Source: the human T2T-CHM13v2.0 reference genome, Homo sapiens
DNA: 64,000 nt
Direction: 5' to 3' (one strand)
NCBI RefSeq assembly: GCF_009914755.1
Contig: NC_060946.1
The notes below the pieces were generated by a model, which was given only the letters and a program-made list of their open reading frames with translations, made no database searches and had not been told where the DNA came from. Shown piece by piece: positions 17,131-40,409 of the stretch (positions are counted from its first letter, which is position 1; every line of letters begins with the position of its first letter). The position numbers and the translations under genes are program-made.

Positions 17131-19311
17131 GCTGGGAGCACAGGGGAGAAGAGAGGAGAGCCAGCACTGGTGGGTGGTGGGGGTGTGGACAGATGTGGCT
17201 TGCACGACACAACAGGACAGGGATGGCTGAACAGGGCGTGGCAGACCCGCACTGGTCCAGGCAAGTGCTGAGGATCAGGGAGCTGACAGCTGCAGCCTCA
17301 GGAGAGCTGAGAAGAGCTGAGAGACTGTCAGTCGCAGGCCATCATCCGAGGCAATCTGTCCAAAGACAAGGTGGGGAAGAGCAGGAACTAGGCCTAACCA
17401 TCACCCACTGGACTGGTGGGAAGAGGCTACAAGCGGGCAACCCTCTGGTACCCAACTAGGAGCTTTGAATGGAAGGAGGGGCCCAGGGGGCTGGCCTGGG
17501 AGGTCTGAGGTGGGCAAATGCTGCCTATGACATTGCAAGGGCAAGGCAGAATGACAGATGCTGTCAATTTCAGAAGAAAAGGGGCCAGATCAGAACTGTC
17601 AGGAATTTCAGGATAGCAATAGTAGTAACCTTTCACTGAGTGCCCCATTTGTGCCACCTCCCCCACAGGAGGTTGGTACTAGCATTGTCTTTGAGGCACA
17701 CAGTGGTGAAGTAACTTGTCTGCAGCCACACACTAACCCATAAGTGGTGGAAGCAGCAAAAACTGGCTGGAGAGACCAGAGGCTTAACTACTATACAGCA
17801 CGCGATTATAAACTACATTTGTCTGCTGAGTAGGCTCTAGCCGCCCCAAAAACTCTGAACAACGCACAGACCGCGTCGTCATTAGGCTCTTTTACATCCC
17901 AGCACCAGGCACACAGCAGGTCCTACCTGCTTCCCCGACAGAGCAGTGAGCCTGCTATTCTCTGCTCCCTCCTGACCCCACATGCTTTCCAAATTCACCT
18001 CTCACAACTGAGTGCCACCTGCAGGCAATGCCACCCCCACCCACAAACACCACCTTTCCACAGTCCCCATCCCAGCCACAGCAGAGCATCCCAGCCCCCA
18101 CCATTGTAAAATCCTGGAACCCCACTTGCTGTCTGCTCCCGCCACTCCAGTCACTTGTGCCCAGGGTCTGGGGAGTCCCAGTCTGATGGCTGGACCCGCC
18201 CCTCCTTCTCCACGCAGCAGTCACCTAGGAGGCTCCAGAGCCAGTAGCCAGTTCTATTCCAGTGCAAGGAGCCCTCCTGTAGGGCTCTTACACTCTGCAG
18301 CCTAACTCTATCTAGCCCCCTCCCCAGTCTCTCTGCAAACGGAGGCCCACTCACGACCTCCAGGAAACTCTCTGCTTCACCCCACACACAAACGCCACCG
18401 GCTCACTGGGAGCACAAGGCCTGCACACACCTTCATCCCACATCTCCTATCTGCTGGCCATCCCCCCTCAGGGTGAGTTCCTCCAGGTACCTCCCAGGGT
18501 GGCCTGCAGCACTAGAACCTGCCAGGGCCACTGGCCCTACCTCCACCACCCAAACACTCTGGAATCCCTCAGGTCTGACCCCCCTCTGGGGGGGGGGTCT
18601 TCACCTGAAAGCCCAGCCCATGACCCTGGCTTCCCACCTTACTGCAGGATTATACTAAGGCCTGGACGTGAGTCGAGTCCAGTCCAGTCCCTCACTGAGC
18701 TCTAAAAAAGCAGTGACCCCGATCCAGGGCCCAGCTCCCACCACCAGCCAAGGTTAGGTATCCAGGTTGCCCACAATGACCACACCCCATGCCCGGGAGC
18801 CACAGTGTGCTACCCAGATCTCTGCCTTCCCTTCTTCCCAGTCCCCTACCCTGCCCACTCACCTGCGCACCTGTGTCCCCTGCAGTCTGGGAGAAGGCTT
18901 CCCTGCACCAGCCAGCCAGGCCTGCTTTGGGCCTGAGCCTTCCTAACCCTGGGCCGCACTCTCACCATTTTGAGAACCTTAGCCCTCCCACGCCTATCAG
19001 TCTGTTGGTCCCCCTACTTTTCTCCCCACACTGCCTGGCATAGAAGACTTTCGGCCCTTCTAGACTGGACAGCACTATCCTAAAGGGGCAGGTACCACGG
19101 CGCATGTGTGTTTGCCCCCACAAGGCCAAAGGCAGCACCTGGAACGCTGGAGCCGTTCTCTGCTCTGGGGAGACCCAGGAGCCCCAAGAACAAAACCTGC
19201 CCAAAGCCTTAAAGCAAGCTGAGTGCAGACGACTGCACCGCCCGCCCCCCAGCAACCGCCATGCAGGAAATACGAGCTCACAAGGCCCACGGCAACAAGA
19301 AGCCCACCCAC

Positions 19312-19408
19312 CTGAGGCTACGCGAATCGCCCGCGAAGAGGGTCCTGGGATCCGTAGCCACAGACCGTGGGACGGGCCTCCCTCTGAGGGCGAGAGTCCA
19401 GGCGCCAC
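19312..19408 (-). other. GNB1L: Non-coding exon 2 shared by GNB1L and RTL10 (97 nt)
   Basis: Acceptor ctcgttctccactttctag|GTGG and donor CTCAG|gtgggt; no ATG. The GNB1L name is from known locus organisation; its coding exons lie left of the window. Confidence 0.75.
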
Positions 19409-19688
19409 CTAGAAAGTGGAGAACGAGATCGGCCGCCGTGAGGCCAGGCAAGGAGCGGGCGCGGCTTCCCGAGACTGCGAGAACGGCCCAAATGTCTCCA
19501 GGTGCCCCCACAAACCCCCGGCGCGGACCGAGAAACTGAGGCCCGCAGACCGAAGGCACTGCGACCCAGGCTGGGGCTCCGAGTGCCCCTCTGCGGATCA
19601 GAAGTCGGGAAAAGACGCAGGGGCGCAGCTCCAGGCCCGCGTGCACGGAGTTCAAGCCGGCCGCCCGGGCTCCCGCCTCCACACTGAC

Positions 19689-19750
19689 CCTCTTGCCGGA
19701 GTCGGGAACGCCTGCTCCTAGGAGCGCCGCGCAGCGTCCAGAGACCGATT
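19689..19750 (-). other. GNB1L: Non-coding exon 1 of GNB1L/RTL10 (TSS approximate)
   Basis: Donor GAGG|gtcagt at 19689/19688, immediately downstream of the GC box at 19761-19770. Confidence 0.65.
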
Positions 19751-21273
19751 ACACCGCGCAGCCACGCCCCCAGCGTGCGCGCGGCCGCCGTGTACGACCC
19801 GGCGCATGCTCCCGGCACGCTCCACGCGCTCCTCCCATCCAGGCCGCGCCTGCGCTGTATGCCGTGTGGCCGCTACCTCGCAGGCTCTCCCGGTCCCTGC
19901 TGGCGCGGCAGTGCCGCGCGGTGGGTGATGGGAGAGCGCGCCCATTCCCACGCCGCGCCAAGTGCCACGGGATCAGGTGGGGCCGCGTGTACAGGCGCGA
20001 GACGGTCGGGCCAAAGCTGCCCCTCATGATCCCCAGCGGACGGTGCCCGGCGGTCCCTCAGATCCGGGAAATCTGCACCCGGCTGTGGCGTAGACCGAGG
20101 GGCCGATGCTGCTTCAGCCCGCCGTTACTGCCCTGGCGTCAGCCAGACACTGGGGTGCTGCTGGGCGTCGAGAGGGCTGCTGCGGGGCCGGGCTAAGCCT
20201 GGGGGGCTGCAGGTGTCGGGGTGGATGTGGGCATAGCGGGGCTGCTGGGCCTCGTGAGCGCCCTGGAACGGCGTGCCCGCGGAGTGCCTCTCATCACTCA
20301 TTGCCAGTGCGGGGAACCTTGTTAGGGCCCGGTTCGACGTAGCTGCAGGCTGGGCGCCAGAGGCAGGGGGCAGGCAGTCCGAGAGGACCCTCTACCTGCA
20401 TACCTGGGGGCTGCAGGCAGGGCCTCTGGGCCTCCTTGTTGTGGATATAATTGTGTGCTTCCCGACTCAGGCCGAGGCTGGACCCGGAGACGACAGCGAG
20501 GGCAGGCTACCAAGCCCTCCCCACAGGGCCGTGCCCAGCCCAAGCCTGCCGAGTCAGCACCCAGATCCTGGGACAAGATAGGTGAGGATGAAGTGGTGGT
20601 GCTCTTCTCACTTGCACAAGCCGTCCCACGCCACCTCTCCTCGGCTTCACGGTGCCTAGAGAAGAGGTGGGAGAGGGTGCAGGCGCCCCAGCTCAGGATC
20701 TGATGCCTGTGGGCCAAGGACCTGGATGCAAGCCAGGAGTCCTTGGGGCCACGGGCAGGCAGCCGGATTCACCGGAAAGTGACGCTTCTCAAGGGGAACA
20801 CACACGTAACACACCAGCTCCCTTTCTGCCCTGGTCCAGTGACTCCTTTCATGAAAGCTCTCTGAAATGTTATCTGCATTTACACCCAAACTCACTCACT
20901 TTGATCCCTGAAACGCGAATCAAAGGTCACATTGTACCTTCCCTGGGTCTGTGGGGCTTTCAGCAGCCTGGGCCAAAAATAATAAAAGTGGCACCGAGCC
21001 AGGAAACGCCTCCTTGAAGTGGGAATGAAATTTGGATTTTTTTCGGTTGTATCTTTCCTAATTGACCTGATAATTTAAACTTCCTCCCTCAAGGGAAAGG
21101 TGGGGGTTCCCACAAATTCAGCTTACCTCAGCCTCAAGGCAGCTCAGTCTACAGCTCAGCGCCCATCAGCAGAGTGGGCAGTGGGCCTGTGGAAGAAATG
21201 AATCCAACTGAGCCAGAAAAGGCCTTTTTTGGTCCAAATTTTTTTTTTCTTTCAGGCCCTCTCCTGTGTATAA

Positions 21274-22107
<834 letters not shown>

Positions 22108-22109
22108 TT

Positions 22110-25045
<2,936 letters not shown>

Positions 25046-25049
25046 TACA

Positions 25050-25336
25050 TTTTTTCTTTTTTCTTTTTTTATTGAGATAGGGTCTCGCTCCATCACTCAG
25101 CCTGGACACAGCTCGCTGCAGCCTCAATTCCTGGGCTCAAGTGATCCTACCCCCTCGGCCTCCCGAGCAGCTGGGACAACAGGTGTGTGCCACCACATTG
25201 GCACTTTTTTCTTTTTCTGTAGAGACAGGGTCTCCCTATGTTGCCCAGGCTGGTCCCAAACCCCTGGGCTCAAGCAATCCTCCCACCTTGGCCTCCCAAA
25301 GTACTGGGATTATAGGTGTGAGCCACCACACCCGGC
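25050..25336 (-). mobile_element. AluJ-like
   Basis: Diverged antisense Alu. Confidence 0.9.
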
Positions 25337-25365
25337 TTCAATGTATATATTTTTAAATGATTTTA

Positions 25366-25669
25366 GGCCATGTGTGGTGGCTTATGCATGTAATCCCAGC
25401 ACTTTGGGAGGCTAGGGTGGGAGGATTGATTGAACCCAGGAATTCGAGACTAGACTGGACAACATAGGGAGAGCCCATCTCTAAAACAAAACAAATTTTA
25501 AAATTAGCTGGGCATGGTGTTGTGCACCTGTGGCCCCAGCTACTCAGGACGCTGAGGCAGAAGGATTGCTTGAGTCCGGGAGGTTTGGGGCTTCAGTGAG
25601 CTATGATTGTGCCACTGCACTCCAGCCTGTGCAAGAGTGAGACCCTGTCTCAAATTAAAAAAAAAAAAA
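25366..25669 (+). mobile_element. AluJ-like
   Basis: Diverged sense Alu with A-tail. Confidence 0.9.
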
Positions 25670-26299
25670 TGTGGAACTGAATCCTTTCGTATCCATCAGA
25701 GGCCCCAGTTTCATTCCCAGAAAGGAGTCTCCTTCCTGCCCTGCTGGTGGGGCTGCACCCTACTTGACTCCTTTGGATACTTCAGACACCCTTCCATCTT
25801 AGCCAGGGCAGGGAGGTGGCTGGGCACCCAAGCCTGGTGACCCTGGGGCTGTTTGCGCTTCACCCCTTAGAAACCAGTGTTCTCTTTGTGGGTTTCCTTC
25901 CATTCTTTAGTTTTGTTTTAATTAAAAAACAATTTTTTTAAAGGCAGGGTCTCTGTTGCCCAGGCTGAGTACAGTGGCACGATCATAGCTCACTGCAGCC
26001 CCAAACTCCTGGGCTCAAGTGATTCTCCTGCCTCAGCCTCCTGAGTAGTGGGGACCACAGGTGTGTACCACCATGTCTGGCTAACTTTTTAAATTTTTGT
26101 AGAGGTGGAACTCACTCCATTCTTTTTTATTTTTTTTAATTGAGGTAAGACTTAAGTCTCAGGTACGAACAACAACAAAATTGAGGTAAGATTTACTACA
26201 ATGGAAGGCACGGATCTTTTATATTTTTAAAAAATGTTATCAGGCAGCCTCCCAAACCAGAATAGGTTTGGAGAGACTCCCAGAATGCACAGATCTTAA

Positions 26300-33200
<6,901 letters not shown>

Positions 33201-33439
33201 GTCCTAGAATTTTCCTTTCTTTTTTCTTTGAGATGGGGTCTCCCTGTGTTGCCCAGGCTGGAGGTCATGCATGCAGTGGTGTGATCATAGCTCACTGCAG
33301 CCTCGAACTCCTGGGTTCAAGTGTTCCTCCCACCTCAGCCTCCTGAGTAGCTTTCAAGAGTGAGCCACTGCGCCCTGTCAACCATGGACACTTAAAAACA
33401 GAAAACATAGCATAAAGCCTTCATGCCATGCTTTACAGC

Positions 33440-33730
33440 CATGCTTTGAGCACCTACTATGTGGCAGGTACCATGCTGGGGACAAAAATGTGAAGAAGGG
33501 AGGCCCCTGCAGGGCAAGAGAGAAAGACAGGCTTTAGAGTAATCAAGAAACAGCATTCTGTGGGAGCCCTAAGCGGGTGCCTCATCTTGCCAGCTGACAG
33601 GGAGGACTCCTGGAGGGGAGCCTGTGTGTTGAATCTTAACCAATGAGGGGGCATTAGCCAGGGCAGAAAGAGGAAGGCACAGCTTTGGGCTGAGGGAACA
33701 GCATGGGCAAAGGCACAGAGGCCAGACAAG
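33440..33730. mobile_element. L2 fragment
   Basis: ttgagcacctactatgtggcagg...gagggaacagcatgggcaaaggcacagagg are typical L2 motifs. Confidence 0.65.
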
Positions 33731-36700
33731 GCGGGTGCAGAAGAAAGTCCCAGGCAGGAGTAAAGGCAGTGTCCCCACCCACTGGGGGCCCCCACCGTGG
33801 TGGCTGTCTGGTCCTCACGGCGGCCCTCCGCGGGTGGGGTGGGATCAGAGCTTGTCTGAGCTGGTGAAGGCGGGACTCATCCCTGCTGTGTCTGGGCCTC
33901 CTGGTGCGGTCTTCCGCCCTGACATGCCTGGGCACCTGGGAGCTGACAGGTACAGCACCTTTCCAGAGATGTAAGGCACTGGATGGGAGACTCTGATCTG
34001 TAAAGAACTGGCTGATGGGAAGCGCCTGCTGCATTGATATGGCATCTCCGCCCCACCGAGGCTTTGAAAATCAAATACTCCCCAAGCTATGGAAACCCAA
34101 CCACAGGCGGACTGTTAGGACTTTATTATTATAATCACTCGGCCCAATTCCAGCCACCGCGGGCAGAACAATGAGCCATTGAATCCTTGCAGAGGTCTCG
34201 CCTCTCCCATGGGCAGGGACCCGGTGCTGAGGCCTTGGCAGGGAGGGTGGTGGCAGGCCTGTGCGCTACTGCACAGCCCGGGGGCCCGTGGGGGGTCTGG
34301 GCTTCGGTCTCCTCACTCATCGAGCAGGAGGCCTGAAGAGAACACATCCGGATGGTGCTGCACTCTCCTGACATTCTGTCCCACATTGTGACCCTTGTAG
34401 GTCAGGAACTAACTCTGCTTCAGGGAGACCATGATGCAGAAGACACCAGCGTCCTTCGCAGTCCTCAGCATGCATGGCCTCGCCTATATAATCACAAAAA
34501 GGGAGCCTGTGGGGTGTTCCCGCCCCAAGCTGGGGTGCCTAGTATAGGGGTGGCCCTGGGAGTCCCAGCTGGGTCAGAGGCCAGCAGCCAGGGTAGAGGG
34601 CTGGGCACAGTTGGCTGCACCCCCAGCTGCTGAGTTACAAGGCCACACCACCTCCTGCCGGTGGCTCCACTTTATTCTCAAGCATTTGGTGTTATTTGAT
34701 CACCAGTTATAAGCCAAAAAGATTCCAGTTTTAATTAGGGGGGAAAAGTTCCATTCTGTGGAACCGCAAGGCCCCATGATTGTCCCACGAAACCCTAGAG
34801 GCCAGGACCTCGCCAGGCTTGAGCCAGGTCTGCCCTGCCCTTCGGTCCTGCTTCACCGGCACCGCTGGCTTTGCATCTCCATGTCCTGAACACACTTGGG
34901 TTTGTTGGGCCTGGATTTTCACTCCTGTGGGTGCCCAGCCCTCTGCCCTGCCCCTGTGAGAGTCAGCTACCAACCAAAAGGCACAGCGGGGGAAGTTCTC
35001 TTCTGTCTCCAAAGAGTCTCTGCTTGTCCCCCTCACTGGGAAGTAAGGGAAGGCTCTGGGAACGCCAGCTTGGGTTTTGGGATTAGGGTAACCTGAGCAC
35101 CGTACACCATGTCAGGGCTGGGATCAGGCAGGCTCGGGCCTAAGATGCTTTGCTGGGCCCCACAGACGGCCCCCTCGCTGTCCTCATAGGCACACAGGAT
35201 TGGCTGGGGGCCAGGACAAGCAGGGCTCCAGAACCCTCTGGCGGCAGGACCAGAGGTCAGGGAGATTTGAGGGAGTTAGGCCACGCCTCGAGAGCAGGCA
35301 TAGGGGAAGATGAGGGACAGAAGGGTGGTCAGGGTGCGGCAGGAGTGAGGCTCGGCTGCATCTGCAGGACAGCACCAAGGGCCCACGGGCACCAGGCCCA
35401 GGTCTGAAGCTGCGGCCCTGACGGTTCCCATGATCAAGTGTGCAGGGATTAAGGAGCAGTATCTGGAAAATGGGCCCACAGTCTTGCCTCTCTCTCCCAG
35501 GGTTGCCCAGAAGACCCATCCAGGGTGTTGACAGCAGCAATCACTGGCATTTAGTGCATGGACTTGGCCGCAGGGCGTAGGCACCGTGTGGGTTGTCGTC
35601 CTCCACTCCTGGCCAGTGCAGGCAGTCTCGGCTGCTGTCGCCTGTATTCCCTGACGACCCGTAGTGCCAGCCCGAGCTGGATGCTGTCACCGCCTGACGG
35701 AGCGCAGGGTGTCTGTGGCAAGTCCTCAACTCTTGGCCAAACTTCACCCTGCATGGTGGATTCTGGGAACAGAAATCGATGATGCCAGCCACGCCTGCCG
35801 GGCTTGGAGGTGGGCCCTGTGGCTGACGCTCAGGGGGCTGCTGCAGGTGAGGCCCAAGGAGCGCCCAGGTGTCCGGGGTCCCATCCCTCCCACACTCTGC
35901 CTCCCAGAACCCCGTCGGGGCTGCATCACATCCATTTCCTGGGTTATCAGTCTCGTGGCAGCTCTTGCCTGTTGAAGAATCTTCTGTCCAGCTATTTCCC
36001 AAGCTGAACATTCCAGGTTGTGGCTGGACAGGCCCTTGCCCGCCTGCCCCCAACCCTGAGCTCCTTCCTTCACTAGCCCACCAGCAGCTCGGCTCCCTGC
36101 AGCCGGCCCCGTGGGACCTGGTCTGGGCAGGGGCACAGCAGAGCTGGGATCTGCACAGCACTGGAGCACTGGATCCTGCCTGGAAGAGCACAGCCCAGAA
36201 GCCCCAAGCACAGGGGGGAGGCCCCTCAGCCCGGGCGCAGAGGGACATGGGAGCACACGGAGCCAGTTCCTCCCTGCCTGCCTTCTGCTCGGGGTGGCAG
36301 CCAGGACGCCAGCGTGTACCTCTTTATGCCCCTGCCTGGTCCAGGAAGAACCTCAGGCAGCTTGCAGGGCCATGCGGTGCCCAGCCAGAGAGCCCAGCTC
36401 GAAGATGGTGGTAGAGGAAGGAGACCAGGCTGGGCATAGGATGCTCCCGTGCCAGGCTCTGTTGAGCTCTGGGCTTCCGCTGGGAGGGCTGGGGAGGGGA
36501 GGGCCAGGGAGACAGAGGTGGGCTAGCCCAAGGACGCAGCCTGGGGGCCCATGGGAGGGGTCTTGTGGGCCAGTGGCCCTACCAGGACGGGCGTGGGGCT
36601 GCTGCCTAGGGCTCCATGGAAGCCCAGGGAGTGGGATCTGGAAGTCTCTCTCAGCAGCTGGCTGGCTCTCTGGCCTGGCCAAGCAGGCAAAAGTAGGGGC

Positions 36701-39700
36701 CAAGGTGCTGGGTGGATGGGCTGCGGGGTCCCTGGTGGCATGGGGGCCCACGTCCAGGCCCTGCTAGAGCAGTCCCAGGTGGGGGGTAGCTGGGTTGTGG
36801 AGAGGGACACCACCCCAGCACACTCCCATTCTAGTCTTCGCCCCATGTGAGTTGGGCTGAGGCCCCCACATGGGCTGGGAGGTCCACAGCCTGTGCATTT
36901 GGGGCCAGGAGAGGGCATCTTCCTCTACTGCCCAAGAGTAAGACCTGGCCCAGGCCCATCTGGATGGAGAGGCAGTTCAGAGGGAGATGCTTCCTGATGG
37001 GGCGCCCTGTGCCTGGGCCTTAATACCTGTAGGGGCTGCACCACCTGCCCTGGCCACTGATGCTGGCCCGCTGGCCTTGGGTGTAGACCCCCTGCTGCTT
37101 CCTGCTCCAGAGGGTGGGGATCCCCGTGTCTGGCAATGAATGACCCACACCAACCCTCCTGGACCCTGACTAGGCCCAAGGGTGGGAAGTGGCGATGAGT
37201 GAGGGCAGGTGGGCAGAGGCCAGCAGGTCTCATCAGGCTGGGCGGGAGGATCTCTTGCCCAGGACAGGGGCACTCAGGGACCCTGGGGAGGAGAAGTGGC
37301 TCCCAGAGGGACACGGGGTGGGGCAGCAGCCTGGGACCGAGACCAGGAGGCTCAGGTGGCTCTGAGCTCTGGGAGGCAGGAGTGGCCCCCACCCACCAGC
37401 CCAACGCAGACACCAACACGCTTCTCATGCCACCCACTGAAGCCAGGTGCCAACCTGTGCTCTCTTGGGGAGGGATGTGAGCATGGGGCGGTGACGCCAC
37501 TAGGATGGAGCCTCAACCCGAGGTGGCCCAGGCACCTGGAGCCTCAATAGGGCCTGGAGGGGTTAGTGTGGCCTCATGGCCCTGCCCCGATGAGCACACT
37601 GCCCAGCCACCTCAGGGCATCCCTCATTAAAGGTCTTGGGTCACCTCCAGTTCTTGCCCAGTGTGTGAGGGGTAGGTGGGGGCCTCAGGCCTGCCTCTGG
37701 GTCCTGCTTCAACCTGGGGAGGGGACCAGGGCCCAGTGCCCAGGCACTGGCGGCACCTCCAAGCTGCTGCACTGGGGCTGGAGTGGCCGTGGGCCAGGTA
37801 AGGCAAGCAGGTGTCAGCCGAGGTGAGCTCATGTGCCAAGACCCTGTGGGAGGAGCCCAAACCCGAGGCCAGGAAACAGGTGCTCTCAACTGCAGCCCCA
37901 CCAAACTGCAGCCCCACCTGACGCTGCTGCTCTCACAGGGGCAGCCCTGCCTGAGGGCCTAGCCAGCACTAAGGTCACCTCACGGCCAGGAGAGCAGGGC
38001 CGAGGTGCCCGATGGCTGCCAAGTGAGGCTAGGGCCAAGCAAGGGTGCAGCATGCTCAGGGAGGGGGCTGCAGTCTGAGCATCTCAGTTACCCCTCCCCT
38101 TGAGCTGATGACCCCTGCTGTACCCCCTGTCCACTCCTCAGAGCCCTGCCAGGCCCTGCCCTCCCCTGCTGCCCCGCTGTGGCCCTCGAAGCCCTCCATA
38201 ACTGTGTGTCCCCTCCCCTGCGTGTGGACCACCCAGGGGGCCTGGGGAACTGCCCAATGTCACTCAGGGGTGTTGGGGGCAGGAGAGGGTGACACTGCCC
38301 CATGCAGGGTGTGGCAGAGAGGGGCCACTCAGCCTCGCTGGGCAGCACCCCCCGCCCACTTCTCCTGCTCCCACGTCTTTGCGAGATCCGGTGCCACAGC
38401 AGAAGTGTGGAGGATGTCGCCGGGGGTAATTGCAGGTTACACAGAACAATCTGAGGAATTAAAGTCATATTTTTATTGCACCATAAAAACATGTGAAGGC
38501 GGCAGGACGGCGGCCGCGGGGCCAGGCGGAGAGCACCCGGCTCTGGCCCCACCCTGCACTCCCTGGGCCGTCTCCAGGGAGACGCAGGATCGAAACCACT
38601 GTTGGCCCAGCACACCGGTCCCACGCTGGGCAAGGGAGACCGGGAGAGCGGCCGCTTTGCCCACATTGCCCTGCTGGGCCCTGGTTCCTGCCCTGGCTGT
38701 GCAGCTGCCTGGGTGGGGGCTCTGGGCCAGTGTCCCACCAGAGTAGTGAGGTGTGGGGATGGCCTGTGCCTGCGGGGTCCCCTGGGCCTGGTCTGCAGCC
38801 AGGTGCCTGCCAGTTCAGCACCGGCCCTGAGAGGGCCTGGGGCAGCAGTGCTGGCCTCTTTGTGGCCACTCTTCACCTGCAGCACCCATTGCTTGTAAAC
38901 TGGGCTGGACCCCTGCCTACCACTTACCAGGAGGGTATGAGCCCCTGTGCAGCAGGAGCCCAAGGACCCACGGCTGCCTGGGATGTGTGTGGTGGATGTT
39001 TTGGTCCCTCCTAGGGGATGTGCAGGCCGGCTGAATGGGCCACACAGCGTGGGAGAGCCGAGGTCACAGAGAGCAGGTGTGTGGTACACGGTGTGTTCTG
39101 GGAAGAAGGGGCACGCAGAGAAAACCACCTGGAGGGGCCAGTGGGGACATGGACGTGTGGGTGGCTCTCAGGCCACCAGCAACAGGTACTCCTGGTCGGC
39201 TGGGCAGACAGGGAGGCAAGAGGCCCTCCCGGCAGAATGCGGCCCAGTGTGTAGTGCGGGCTCCACACAGCTGCATCCTCTCCATCACCACAAAAGCACC
39301 AAGGCCATTTCAAGCTTTCCCCATGCTCCCTGGCAGGGGCTGATCCCAGGGCCAAGGAATCCACAGGCCCTCTGCCCCCTTCCTGGCTGCTGCCCAGAGC
39401 CACCCCCCAGAGCCCAGGCAGCAGGTGTAGGCTGACCTCCCAGCCTGGCGGTGCCTCCACGGCAAAAAAAACTTGCAGGCCTAGAGGCGAGCCCCACCCA
39501 CAGGATCCGGCCCAGGCATGCCACCAGCCGTGTGTTAAATGGGACACGGCTGATCTAGAGCTGCACTTGTGGGAGGGCCTGGCCCAGCACTTGGCATCTT
39601 AAGTGGGCGTCTGAGAGCTCACGCGCACGTTTCACACAGCAAGTCGGGCTCCTGCAGGCCCATTAAGGTGCAAAGGCATTCCTCTGTGTGCTGACAAGCA

Positions 39701-40409
39701 GGGTCCCATCCACGGCTCCGGGCCGGCAGACTAAGTGATGTTTTCTTAAGGAAGACACGCGATTAGCCACAGCTAAAGCCCCAGCACAATGCAGGGCCCG
39801 GCCATGGCTGTCAGCGCTGTCTCTCGGCAGTGACTGACAGGCACTCCCCAGCCCATCAAGCCTCAATGCACAGGATTAGCCTGACGCAGCCGACAAGCTG
39901 ACTTGGAGGGCCACGGTGGAAAACCGGCAAAGTGACTGACATCCGGGGACAGAGAGCCTCACACAGCCCTGCTACCTCCTGTCATGGGCCTGCCTGCTGG
40001 CGGGCTGTTCCAGAACAAAGCCGGTGTTGCCGCCCCTCCCAAGAGCCTCCCTGGCACTGGGCTGCCCTTCTTGCTTCAAGGTGCAGAGACCTAGGCAGAG
40101 GGTCCCAGGAAAAACCCTCAGTGGGCGTCTTCAGGCCAGAGGCCAGGCAGCTGTGGGGCAGGTGGGGCGGCTCCGCCTCCTGCCTAAGTGGGGTCCCTAG
40201 CACTGCAAGTCTGCTCCCCTCTGCCCAGGGCTGCTTGGAATTGTGCTCGGGGGTTCAAGGGGCCCCAGCGGACTCTGGGCTGCCCTGGATGGAAGCTACT
40301 CACGATTGAAGAGGGGCCTGGTGGCCTGGCCAGACCCCACCCACCTGGGCGATCCTGGGGGACCATCAGGGACACCGCAGGCAGAGCACACTTCAGAAAA
40401 AGTACCCTC

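Larger units (their letters stand above)
19300..20350. promoter_or_regulatory. CpG-island promoter of GNB1L/RTL10
   Basis: Very high GC and CpG density. Sp/KLF box GCCACGCCCC at 19761-19770; NRF1-like GCGCCTGCGC at 19846-19855 and GCGCATGC at 19802-19809. No TATA box seen. Confidence 0.9.

Noticed and set aside
17131-17205. 389-aa RTL10 as given in the ORF track
   Set aside because: It starts at a GTG. The first ATG gives the 364-aa protein, so the extension is only hypothetical.
19318-20196. 166-167 aa ORFs across the CpG island
   Set aside because: Arg/Ala/Pro-rich artefacts of GC content. No support for a divergent coding gene.
33457-40300. Many long overlapping ORFs (e.g. 38088-39128, 346 aa; 35541-36248; 38045-38746; 36111-36767)
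   Set aside because: Open in several frames on both strands, rich in Pro/Gly/Ala/Trp/Cys, no recognisable domain. This is expected from stop-codon scarcity in GC-rich DNA.
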